From a virus: DNA of 17,623 bases. The notes under the pieces were generated by a model. It was not told the DNA's origin. It saw only the letters and a list, made by a program, of their open reading frames with translations, and did no database searches. The stretch lies in IMG/VR virus record IMGVR_UViG_3300010412_001298; one strand, given 5' to 3'. A program made the position numbers and the translations under genes. This document shows, one piece after another, positions 1 through 6,781 of this stretch (the stretch's first letter is position 1; every line of letters begins with the position of its first letter).

Positions 1-22
1 TAATATTGAAATAAAATAAAAC

Positions 23-51
23 TTGACTTTTTTAAAATTATAATATATAAT
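23..51 (+). promoter_or_regulatory. candidate sigma70-type promoter
   Basis: TTGACT (23-28), 17-nt spacer, TATAAT (46-51). Weaker relative of the promoter family repeated through the window. Confidence 0.4.
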
Positions 52-149
52 AACTTTATAACAACTAAATAATAAATAATTTGATGATCATTGTTTTTAA
101 AAAAACAAAAACAAACAAATAAATAATATAACTTAAAAGGTTTTTTTAA

Positions 150-334
150 ATGATCATTAAATATTCAAAACAAGAATTATATTGAAAATATCAATCATAC
201 AACAATTAAAACTTTTTATTTTTGGTAAAACAAGAAGACAACAAACTTGTAAACATCAACAAACAAATCATATTGGTGGTCAAGTACAATGTTGTGATTG
301 TAAATTAAAATGGTCAAAAAAAGGATATTGGTAA
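150..334 (+). pseudogene. possible decayed or frameshifted paralog of the 335..586 zinc-ribbon ORF
   Basis: ATG 150 behind AAAAGG gives MIIKYSKQELY, then TGA (183-185). A different frame (stop TAA 332-334) encodes ...TCKHQQTNHIGGQVQCCDCKLKWSKKGYW, which parallels the C-terminus ECSHIHYTGIGNYYQCIDCNYKWISGK of the next ORF. No single open frame joins the two parts. Confidence 0.3.
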
Positions 335-586
335 ATGTTACAATTTGATTTAGACCAAATTCTTAAAAAATATTTAAAACAGACATATGAAGAATGTAGA
401 ACAAATATTAAACCATCAATTTCACCACGTCAATTAACAAATATTTTACATGAAATAATGGAATTAGAAAATATAGAATTGATACGTTTAAAAAATAAAA
501 AAGAATGTTCACATATACATTATACAGGAATTGGCAATTATTATCAATGTATAGATTGTAATTATAAATGGATATCAGGTAAATGA
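335..586 (+). CDS. hypothetical small protein with C-terminal Cys/His zinc-ribbon-like motif
   Basis: 83-aa ORF. C-terminus is CSH-x13-CIDC. Its stop overlaps the next start (ATGA at 583-586). Confidence 0.6.
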   Translation: MLQFDLDQILKKYLKQTYEECRTNIKPSISPRQLTNILHEIMELENIELIRLKNKKECSHIHYTGIGNYYQCIDCNYKWISGK

Positions 587-1146
587 TAGAAATATTATCG
601 ATAAAAATATTATTAACTAATAGTTGTGATATTGTTTATATAGAAACAACATATCCAAATCCTATTTATCCATTTGATAAAAATATGGTAATGAAATTTG
701 AATGTGCAAAAGATCATGCTATACCATTCATAGAAAAACATTTTAATGAATTTTCAGATTATGAAATCATCAACACAAGAAAAATACAAAACGTAATGAA
801 ACTTTTAAATATTTCAGATATTATTGAAGGAACAAATTGCATAAGTAAAGAACATGGTAAAAAAGTTTATGATATAATTATAAATAGTTTAAAAGAATAT
901 AATACAATACAATTATCTTTTAAAGGTATTAATGATATAACATCACATTTTTTTAATAATGCTATTGGAAATTTATTAAAATATTATACAAAAGAAGAAT
1001 TAAAAAACAGAATAAAAATTATTGATATTAATAAAAACGATTTGTTTTTATTAAAACGTGTAGTTGATAATTCATTTGAAATTTTCAATAAAAGAGAAAG
1101 CTATGAAAATAACAAAAATACAAATCAGTCAAATAGAAGATTATAA
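583..1146 (+). CDS. hypothetical protein; N-terminal small paralog domain plus possible STAS-like (DUF4325-type) C-terminal half
   Basis: 187-aa ORF with ATGA coupling to the upstream ORF. The N-terminal ~65 aa resembles the products of 1103..1312 and 1387..1572. The C-terminal half (ISKEHGKKVYDII...IQLSFKGINDITSHFFNNAIGNLL...IKIIDINKNDLFLLKRV) looks like the STAS-like DUF4325 pattern by eye (unverified). Confidence 0.6.
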   Translation: MIEILSIKILLTNSCDIVYIETTYPNPIYPFDKNMVMKFECAKDHAIPFIEKHFNEFSDYEIINTRKIQNVMKLLNISDIIEGTNCISKEHGKKVYDIIINSLKEYNTIQLSFKGINDITSHFFNNAIGNLLKYYTKEELKNRIKIIDINKNDLFLLKRVVDNSFEIFNKRESYENNKNTNQSNRRL

Positions 1147-1312
1147 TGATGTTGTTTTTCTAATAACAGATATATTAGATCCCAATTGTGAAGAACATAA
1201 TGAAATTTCTAATCAAAAAGAATATTTAGATTTAGAATTTAATTGTCCTGAAGGAACAGCTGAAGATTTTGTTGAAAAACATTGGCCAAATGTAGAAATA
1301 GTATTTATTTAA
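1103..1312 (+). CDS. hypothetical small protein (member of a 3-copy local paralog family)
   Basis: Tracked ORF 1064..1312. I prefer ATG 1103 (MKITKIQISQIEDYND...), which sits behind the purine-rich AAAGAGAAAG and avoids an 80-nt overlap with the upstream CDS. Shares ...EGT..F..KxWPxV.I with 1387..1572. Confidence 0.55.
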   Translation: MKITKIQISQIEDYNDVVFLITDILDPNCEEHNEISNQKEYLDLEFNCPEGTAEDFVEKHWPNVEIVFI

Positions 1313-1319
1313 AAAAAAG

Positions 1320-1347
1320 TTGACATTTTTATTTTTTCATGTATAAT
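1320..1347 (+). promoter_or_regulatory. strong sigma70-type promoter
   Basis: TTGACA (1320-1325), 16-nt spacer ending in TG, TATAAT (1342-1347), then AGTATACATAC as in the other family members. Confidence 0.7.
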
Positions 1348-1386
1348 AGTATACATACAAACAAACACACAGGAAAAAGAAAGAAA

Positions 1387-1572
1387 ATGCACATTTCAAA
1401 AATCAAAATAATAACACAAGAAGACAAAAACGATATCATTATATTAAAAATGAAATCAGATTTACCGAAAACAAAAATAAAAGATTTCAGATTCACATGG
1501 AATGAAGGAACAGGCAAAGAATTTGCCAAAAACAATTGGCCCGGTGTCAAAATCAAAATACACAAAAAATAA
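1387..1572 (+). CDS. hypothetical small protein (paralog family), co-transcribed with tmRNA
   Basis: Tracked ORF 1339..1572 starts inside the promoter -10 region. ATG 1387 (MHISKIKIITQEDKND...) lies behind AGGAAAAAGAAAG. The ORF ends 8 nt before the tmRNA 5' end. Confidence 0.55.
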   Translation: MHISKIKIITQEDKNDIIILKMKSDLPKTKIKDFRFTWNEGTGKEFAKNNWPGVKIKIHKK

Positions 1573-1580
1573 AGATTAAA

Positions 1581-1933
1581 GGGGTTGACAGGTTTCGACA
1601 TTTTTTTAAAAATATCATAGCCATATCGAGCAACAGAAAATCTCGTAAATCTATCTGTAAAAAAAATTAGACGCAAACGACGCATCTTACGCTTTGGTAG
1701 CATAACCATTTTTATATAATAATTTTCTTATAGAGTATTATATAAAAAGCAAAAACAAATATAAGATCGCAAAATAATTAGTTCAAAATTATTTGTTAAA
1801 TCCAAAATGAACTCGTATTTTTTAATCGTTTTTATCAGATTATCAAATATTAAATAAAAAAGATAAAATAAATATGTAAAAAGCTATTTTATAAATGAAT
1901 TAATGGATGGGGGTTCGAGTCCCCCCAACTCCA
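1581..1933 (+). ncRNA. ssrA: tmRNA (SsrA), standard one-piece form
   Basis: 5' end GGGGTTGACAGGTTTCGAC matches the tmRNA consensus. 3' end is GGGGG-TTCGAGT-CCCCC (T-arm), then CAACTCC and discriminator A. The 7-bp acceptor stem has a G3:U70 wobble (alanine identity). Tag frame GCA AAC GAC GCA TCT TAC GCT TTG GTA GCA TAA (1673-1705) gives ANDASYALVA*, preceded by AAAAAATTAGAC as in enterobacterial ssrA. CCA is not encoded. Length 353 nt. Confidence 0.9.
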
Positions 1934-1954
1934 AAAATACAAAATAATTCTTTA

Positions 1955-1990
1955 CTGATAAACAAAGGGCTTTGTTTATCAGTTATTTTA
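1955..1990 (+). terminator. intrinsic terminator after tmRNA
   Basis: CTGATAAACAAA / TTTGTTTATCAG hairpin (1955-1982) followed by a T-rich tail. Confidence 0.65.
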
Positions 1991-2004
1991 TTGGAAAAAC
2001 AAAA

Positions 2005-2523
2005 ATGGAAGATATTTATTGGCAAATAAATAAAACAGAATATATTTTATATTATAAAAAACAAAAAATAGGATCAATCATAAAAAACAAACAACAATAT
2101 GAATGGACTTTTTTTTATAATAATATTTTAAAAAATGGAATAGGAATAAAAATAGATAAAATAAAGGAATATTTAGAAAAAACAATACAAAATATACAAA
2201 AAGATTTTTCAGAATATAAAAAAAATATAGAATTAATAATAAATCAATCAATTGAAGAAGAAATTATTCACTATTTAAAAGAAAAAGAAATCAGTATAGA
2301 AGAATTTTATAATCTATACAAAATACCATTAAAAATATTAAAAAAATATAATATAAGAAAAGAAACAATAAATTTCAACATAGAATATGATGAAATAAAT
2401 AAACTAATATATGAAATAACAATCAAAACAGATGATGAAACATTAATAAAAATAAATAATGAATTAGACGAAAAAACTTGTTCACAAAATATATTAATAA
2501 TATACACAAAAGAAAATAAATGA
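2005..2523 (+). CDS. hypothetical protein
   Basis: Tracked ORF 1972..2523. ATG 1972 lies inside the terminator hairpin, so ATG 2005 (MEDIYWQINK...) is preferred. Stop TGA overlaps the next ATG (ATGA 2520-2523). Confidence 0.6.
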   Translation: MEDIYWQINKTEYILYYKKQKIGSIIKNKQQYEWTFFYNNILKNGIGIKIDKIKEYLEKTIQNIQKDFSEYKKNIELIINQSIEEEIIHYLKEKEISIEEFYNLYKIPLKILKKYNIRKETINFNIEYDEINKLIYEITIKTDDETLIKINNELDEKTCSQNILIIYTKENK

Positions 2524-2891
2524 ATTCATTAGATTATTACAGTATAATAAAAGGATGGGATGTAGAATTATTTCTAACAAAAGGCATAAGATATTGTACC
2601 ATTTACAAAAAAAATACACAAACATTAAAAGATAGTTTATTAGTAGAATATACAGATGGAACAAGACGATTTGTAAATGGAATATATTTATTCACAGAAA
2701 ATTCTTTAGCAATACAATATATAGAAGAACATAGAAATCGACGAATAAATGAATTAAAATTTGCACAAATTGAATTAAATGCTAAAATAGAAAAAGTAAT
2801 AAAAGATTATTTAAACATCAAAAATGAAAAAATTGTAGGAAATAAAATACAAAAAACAACATTCAGTATAGAAACAACAAAATGGAATTAA
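2520..2891 (+). CDS. hypothetical protein
   Basis: 123-aa ORF, overlap-coupled at both ends. Confidence 0.65.
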   Translation: MNSLDYYSIIKGWDVELFLTKGIRYCTIYKKNTQTLKDSLLVEYTDGTRRFVNGIYLFTENSLAIQYIEEHRNRRINELKFAQIELNAKIEKVIKDYLNIKNEKIVGNKIQKTTFSIETTKWN

Positions 2892-3283
2892 AAATACGAT
2901 TCAAACATATCAAATTAAAAAATCAAATATTAACAATTTGTGTAAATAAAAATTTAGAAAAAATAACATTTGGATGGTGTATAAATCCTGCTGAAAATTG
3001 GATTAGAAAAAAAGCTAATGAACAAGTCAAAATAAATTATAATGAAACACCATTAAATTTTGATATATCTAAAGATGAACCAGTAATAAGTGATTATATT
3101 AATTTAAGAATATTATTAATAATATTTTCAAAAATAATAATAAAAACAAAAAAAGATATATTTATACAACATACAATAAAAAAAATAATAGAAGAAACAA
3201 TAACATTATTAAGTTGTAGAATAATCAAATATCATTATATAGCACAAAATCCTAAAAATGATTTAAGAATATGTTCGAAATAG
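2882..3283 (+). CDS. hypothetical protein
   Basis: 133-aa ORF whose start overlaps the upstream stop by 10 nt. Confidence 0.6.
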   Translation: MELKIRFKHIKLKNQILTICVNKNLEKITFGWCINPAENWIRKKANEQVKINYNETPLNFDISKDEPVISDYINLRILLIIFSKIIIKTKKDIFIQHTIKKIIEETITLLSCRIIKYHYIAQNPKNDLRICSK

Positions 3284-3978
3284 ATAACAATACACTTATA
3301 AAAACAGCATATATTTATGGAAATATAGGTGTCGCTATTTTTGAACAAAAAGATAATGAACAACAATTATTATTGGAATATGATTTAGAAACAGGAAATG
3401 AAAAACTTAGAAAAATAAATAAAATTGATTTGATGTCATTAATCAATAATGATTCAATTCAAATAAAAAATATCCTATATAAAGAATTAAAAAATAAATT
3501 AATCAAAATATCATATGCTTTTGAAGCATTGAGTTGTTTTTTGAACGGTTTAGATAATGATTTAACAAAAGAAACTCGTTTATATGCAATAGAATTATGT
3601 GAAATATTATGTAAAGAAGATGATACAATAATTGATTTTATTGAAGATCGTTTAATTGGTTATCCGTTAAATGATGATTTATGTTTTAATGATGCAATTT
3701 TAATTAGTAAAAAATCTAAAATTGTACATGAATTATATAATACTATATTTTCATTAAAAAAACTCAATAAAATATTCCATCAATCATTTAATGAAATAAT
3801 GAAAAATTTAAAATACACAGAAACACATAAAAAACGAATATTAAAAGAATTGATAGAAACAGGAATGATTGCCATATTAATAAAACAACAATCACAAATA
3901 AATTATACATTAGATATTTTTCAAATGAAAATAGTTTTTTTAATTAAAGATTTTTTAAACATATTTAAATATAAATAA
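3271..3978 (+). CDS. hypothetical protein
   Basis: 235-aa ORF. Stop codons are frequent in DNA this AT-rich, so an open frame of this length is significant. Confidence 0.75.
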   Translation: MFEIDNNTLIKTAYIYGNIGVAIFEQKDNEQQLLLEYDLETGNEKLRKINKIDLMSLINNDSIQIKNILYKELKNKLIKISYAFEALSCFLNGLDNDLTKETRLYAIELCEILCKEDDTIIDFIEDRLIGYPLNDDLCFNDAILISKKSKIVHELYNTIFSLKKLNKIFHQSFNEIMKNLKYTETHKKRILKELIETGMIAILIKQQSQINYTLDIFQMKIVFLIKDFLNIFKYK

Positions 3979-4029
3979 AAATATATGTAGATATGTTGAA
4001 TAAACATAGACGCATAATATTTTTTTTAT

Positions 4030-4102
4030 GCGAGTATGTTCCAAAGGTATGATAAAATGGCTTCCGACCAATTAGATAGGGGTTCGACTCCCCTTACTCG
4101 CT
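4030..4102 (+). tRNA. tRNA-Gly (anticodon UCC), weak D-stem
   Basis: 73 nt. Acceptor GCGAGTA/TACTCGC. T-arm AGGGG-TTCGACT-CCCCT. Anticodon arm AATGG-CTTCCGA-CCAAT (one A:A mismatch) with U33 and anticodon TCC. U8, A14, GG in the D-loop, G53:C61 and T54-T55-C56 are present. G1:C72, C2:G71, G3:C70 and U73 match the bacterial glycine identity set. The D-stem (TTCC/GATA) pairs at only 2 of 4 positions. CCA is not encoded. Confidence 0.7.
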
Positions 4103-4124
4103 CAATATAATATAAAGGAAAAAT

Positions 4125-4178
4125 ATGGATGAAATTACAAATACAAAAGTTACAGGTGGTGAACCAGCAAAAATTTAA
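4125..4178 (+). CDS. possible 17-aa micro-ORF (MDEITNTKVTGGEPAKI)
   Basis: AAAGGA Shine-Dalgarno (4114-4119) about 5 nt upstream of ATG 4125. It lies between the tRNA and a strong terminator. Too short to support statistically. Confidence 0.25.
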   Translation: MDEITNTKVTGGEPAKI

Positions 4179-4198
4179 TTAAAATTAAATATAAAAAA

Positions 4199-4232
4199 AA
4201 ATAAGGGAATATTTATTCCCTTATTTTTTTTT
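4199..4232 (+). terminator. intrinsic terminator
   Basis: AAATAAGGGAAT / ATTCCCTTATTT hairpin with a 4-nt loop, followed by a T-run. Confidence 0.8.
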
Positions 4233-4233
4233 A

Positions 4234-4261
4234 TTGACATTTTTTTAAAAATATGTATAAT
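4234..4261 (+). promoter_or_regulatory. strong sigma70-type promoter
   Basis: TTGACA (4234-4239), 16-nt spacer ending in TG, TATAAT (4256-4261), then AGTAT. Confidence 0.7.
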
Positions 4262-4270
4262 AGTATTATT

Positions 4271-4414
4271 ATGAAACAATTAATAATGGATATCAAACAA
4301 ATAATAAAAATAGATAGAAGAATCAAACAAATAATAAAAATTGGTGGTTCATTGACTATATTTTTCTTCATATTAGCTATTTTAAGTATCATTTTACGTT
4401 ATCTAACACAATGA
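4271..4414 (+). CDS. small membrane protein (47 aa, not in the ORF track)
   Basis: ATG 4271 lies 10 nt after the -10 element. Product is MKQLIMDIKQIIKIDRRIKQIIKIGGSLTIFFFILAILSIILRYLTQ* with one hydrophobic helix. Stop TGA overlaps the next ATG (ATGA 4411-4414). Contains an internal 20-nt direct repeat ATCAAACAAATAATAAAAAT (4292 and 4322). Confidence 0.45.
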   Translation: MKQLIMDIKQIIKIDRRIKQIIKIGGSLTIFFFILAILSIILRYLTQ

Positions 4415-4833
4415 AAAAAACAAAAATCAATTCAGAAATTTTTTCAACCCCATATATATTATCACGATTAAAAAGTATACACTATGAATTAGATAACATA
4501 TATGACATAAGTAAAAGAAAATATTTAAAATGTTTTTTTTCTTTATCTAATCAATCATTAGATGATATGATAAAAAAAATAAAAGAAGAAGATATAATAT
4601 CTATAGATGAAGAAAAAATAAAAATATCATATTTAACAGGACAAATCATAGAAGGATATTCTTTTTTAGGTATACAAAAAAATGAACAAATAGTACAAAG
4701 TCTTATTGAATTACCACAATCAGATTGGGAAAGATTCACTAATTCAAAAACATTTGATATACTTACAACAATCATATCAATCATCATATCAATCATGATT
4801 TTTTGTATGATATTATATATCGTAATACAATAG
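4411..4833 (+). CDS. tail-anchored membrane protein, hypothetical
   Basis: 140-aa ORF. The C-terminal module LGIQKNEQIVQSL..QSDWERFTNSKTF.ILT..IISIIISIMIFCMILY..IVIQ is shared with 4841..5281. Confidence 0.7.
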   Translation: MKKTKINSEIFSTPYILSRLKSIHYELDNIYDISKRKYLKCFFSLSNQSLDDMIKKIKEEDIISIDEEKIKISYLTGQIIEGYSFLGIQKNEQIVQSLIELPQSDWERFTNSKTFDILTTIISIIISIMIFCMILYIVIQ

Positions 4834-4857
4834 GAAAGTTATGTTGGAAAAAAATAC
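4664..4857 (+). repeat. direct repeat copy 1 (~190 bp; 3' end of a gene plus intergenic RBS plus next start)
   Basis: Near-identical to 5115-5304 apart from a few small indels and substitutions. Includes TAGGAAAGTTATGTTGGAAAAAA. Confidence 0.85.
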
Positions 4858-5281
4858 AAAAATTTTTGTCAGAGAATTTGCAGATAGTAAAATAACCAAT
4901 AATGGATATTATGGAACCATTGTAGGTATAGTAACAATAGCTAATCCAATGTCAAATGGTCTTGGTTCTTTCAGTCATAATCAATATATTGTTGAAATAA
5001 CAGATAGAAACAATTCTGATTTATTAGAAAATTATAATTTTGATTATATTGCTGTTTTTGAAAATTTTATAACAATTATACCAGAAAAACAAAATACTAA
5101 TCCGTATGGTACTATTTTAGGTATACAAAAAAATGAACAAATAGTACAAAGTCTTCAACAATCAGATTGGGAAAGATTCACTAATTCAAAAACATTTTAT
5201 ATACTTACAATCATCATATCAATCATCATATCAATAATGATTTTTTGTATGATATTATATTTATATATCGTAATACAATAG
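4841..5281 (+). CDS. mosaic tail-anchored membrane protein
   Basis: 146-aa ORF. The N-terminal domain is paralogous to 5289..5492 (GxIVGI..I..P....Y.(V/I)EI.D). A PYGTI junction follows, then the C-terminal TM module copied from 4411..4833. Confidence 0.7.
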   Translation: MLEKNTKIFVREFADSKITNNGYYGTIVGIVTIANPMSNGLGSFSHNQYIVEITDRNNSDLLENYNFDYIAVFENFITIIPEKQNTNPYGTILGIQKNEQIVQSLQQSDWERFTNSKTFYILTIIISIIISIMIFCMILYLYIVIQ

Positions 5282-5304
5282 GAAAGTTATGTTGGAAAAA
5301 ATAC
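5115..5304 (+). repeat. direct repeat copy 2
   Basis: See 4664-4857. Confidence 0.85.
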
Positions 5305-5492
5305 CGTATGGTACTATTGTTCATATATATGATGGATATTTAGGAAAAATAGTAGGTATAGCATCAATAGAACAACCACTTATTGGTACACAATATAACA
5401 TTGAAATTGTTGATAAAGAAAAACATCAACAATTTCAAAATTATCCATATAGATGTATTGTAATACCAGAAATATTTATACAAAAATGTTAA
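5289..5492 (+). CDS. hypothetical small protein (paralog of the N-terminal domain of 4841..5281)
   Basis: 67-aa ORF. It has the same RBS and start (AGGAAAGTTATGTTGGAAAAA) as 4841. Confidence 0.6.
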   Translation: MLEKIPYGTIVHIYDGYLGKIVGIASIEQPLIGTQYNIEIVDKEKHQQFQNYPYRCIVIPEIFIQKC

Positions 5493-6394
5493 TAAAAAAA
5501 GAAAAAATAGAAAATACAATATCAGAATTTGAAAGATATAAATTCAATGATAAAATATTTACATTCACAAATAATCCAACAAATAAAAATGAATTAATAA
5601 TCGCACATAATGAAAATATAACAATATTTGATTTAGAAACAAGTGAAATCAAAAAACAAATAAAAGGTCATAATGAAATAATTTTAACCTTAATATATGA
5701 TAAAAAAGGTAAAAGATTTTTATCAGCAGGCTATGATAAAATAATAAAATTATGGTCAATAAAAAATAATGAAATTGAACTTATTCGTATATATAAAGGA
5801 CATGAAAAATTAATAAAATCTTTAGCATTTTCATCAGATAATAAATATATTTTATCAAGTAGTGCTGATAAAACTATAAAATTATGGTCAACTGAAACAG
5901 GTGAATTAATTCATACTTTTTATGGTCATATGAATTGGGTAATTTCAGCAATTTTTATTAATAATGATAAATTAATTGTTTCAGGAAGTTATGATAATAC
6001 AATAAAAATATGGGATTTTGAAACAAAAAAAATAAATTATACATTTCATGAACATACAGATAGTATAAAAACAATAGATTATAATTCAAATAATAAACTA
6101 TTAATAACAGGTAGTGCAGATAAAACATTAAAAATATGGGATATAGAACACAAAAAACATTTACAAACATATCAATTAAATGATATAGTAAATAATGTTT
6201 GTTTTGATTCATCTGGTCAATTTTTCTTAGGTGCAACTAATAAAGAATATATAAAAATATTTAATGTAAACACAAAAAAAATATATAAAACATTAATAGG
6301 CACAACCAATGAAATAGAAAAAGTAATATTCACTTCAAAAAATATAATATTAGCAAGTGATTTCAGTGGTAATTTATATAAATGGAAAATATAA
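5486..6394 (+). CDS. WD40 repeat protein
   Basis: Textbook GH...WD units: KGHNEIILTL..IIKLWSI, KGHEKLIKSL..TIKLWST, YGHMNWVISA..TIKIWDF and HEHTDSIKTI..TLKIWDI, plus degenerate flanking blades. Start moved from 5453 to ATG 5486 (MLIKKEK), which overlaps the upstream stop (ATGTTAA). Confidence 0.85.
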   Translation: MLIKKEKIENTISEFERYKFNDKIFTFTNNPTNKNELIIAHNENITIFDLETSEIKKQIKGHNEIILTLIYDKKGKRFLSAGYDKIIKLWSIKNNEIELIRIYKGHEKLIKSLAFSSDNKYILSSSADKTIKLWSTETGELIHTFYGHMNWVISAIFINNDKLIVSGSYDNTIKIWDFETKKINYTFHEHTDSIKTIDYNSNNKLLITGSADKTLKIWDIEHKKHLQTYQLNDIVNNVCFDSSGQFFLGATNKEYIKIFNVNTKKIYKTLIGTTNEIEKVIFTSKNIILASDFSGNLYKWKI

Positions 6395-6780
6395 ATTCAA
6401 TATTATCAGATTTTGATCAACAAAATTTTCAAAAATATTCTGATTTAATTAATATATTAAATCAGAATATTTTTGAAAAGAATAGTATCAATTATAAGGA
6501 TATAATAAAACAATTAATAGAAATTGATAATAAATATGATGGTGGATTATTATGGTATTTAAGAAAATTTTATTACAATGATACATATTTTATTACACAT
6601 TTATTAATACCTTTAGAAAAAAATAAAAAAAAATATCAATGGAAATATGTAGTAATCAAAACATCTGATTATTATCAAGAAACTTTTTTTTATGGTAATG
6701 AATATATAAGAATCAAAAAAATAAATCTATTAAAAAATATAATTCTTTTAATTCTTATAATTGTTCTTATTATAATATAA
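6382..6780 (+). CDS. hypothetical tail-anchored membrane protein
   Basis: 132-aa ORF whose start overlaps the WD40 stop. Hydrophobic C-terminus LLKNIILLILIIVLIII. Confidence 0.6.
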   Translation: MENINSILSDFDQQNFQKYSDLINILNQNIFEKNSINYKDIIKQLIEIDNKYDGGLLWYLRKFYYNDTYFITHLLIPLEKNKKKYQWKYVVIKTSDYYQETFFYGNEYIRIKKINLLKNIILLILIIVLIII

Positions 6781-6781
6781 A

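Noticed and set aside
1064-1102. Longer N-terminal extensions given in the ORF track (1064, 1339, 1972, 5453, 12075)
   Set aside because: Each upstream start lies inside the preceding CDS, a promoter -10 element or a terminator hairpin. An internal ATG with a better purine-rich RBS or a stop-start overlap is available (1103, 1387, 2005, 5486, 12087). The longer forms cannot be strictly excluded.
1329-1709. 126-aa minus-strand ORF, and the similar minus-strand ORFs at 2307-2507, 4551-4796, 5958-6236, 7652-7840, 8494-8679, 9755-9964, 12038-12223, 12352-12750, 12844-13098, 14409-14639 and 15926-16144
   Set aside because: All lie antisense to better-supported plus-strand genes or to the tmRNA. 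The sense strand is A-rich, so the antisense strand is A-poor and therefore poor in stop codons, which produces long spurious Leu/Phe/Ile-rich frames with no motifs, RBS or promoters.
4012-4031. Small hairpin GCATAA-N8-TTATGC just upstream of, and overlapping, the first two bases of the tRNA; considered as a terminator or processing signal
   Set aside because: It is only 6 bp, AT-rich, and competes with the tRNA acceptor stem. There is not enough evidence for a distinct feature.
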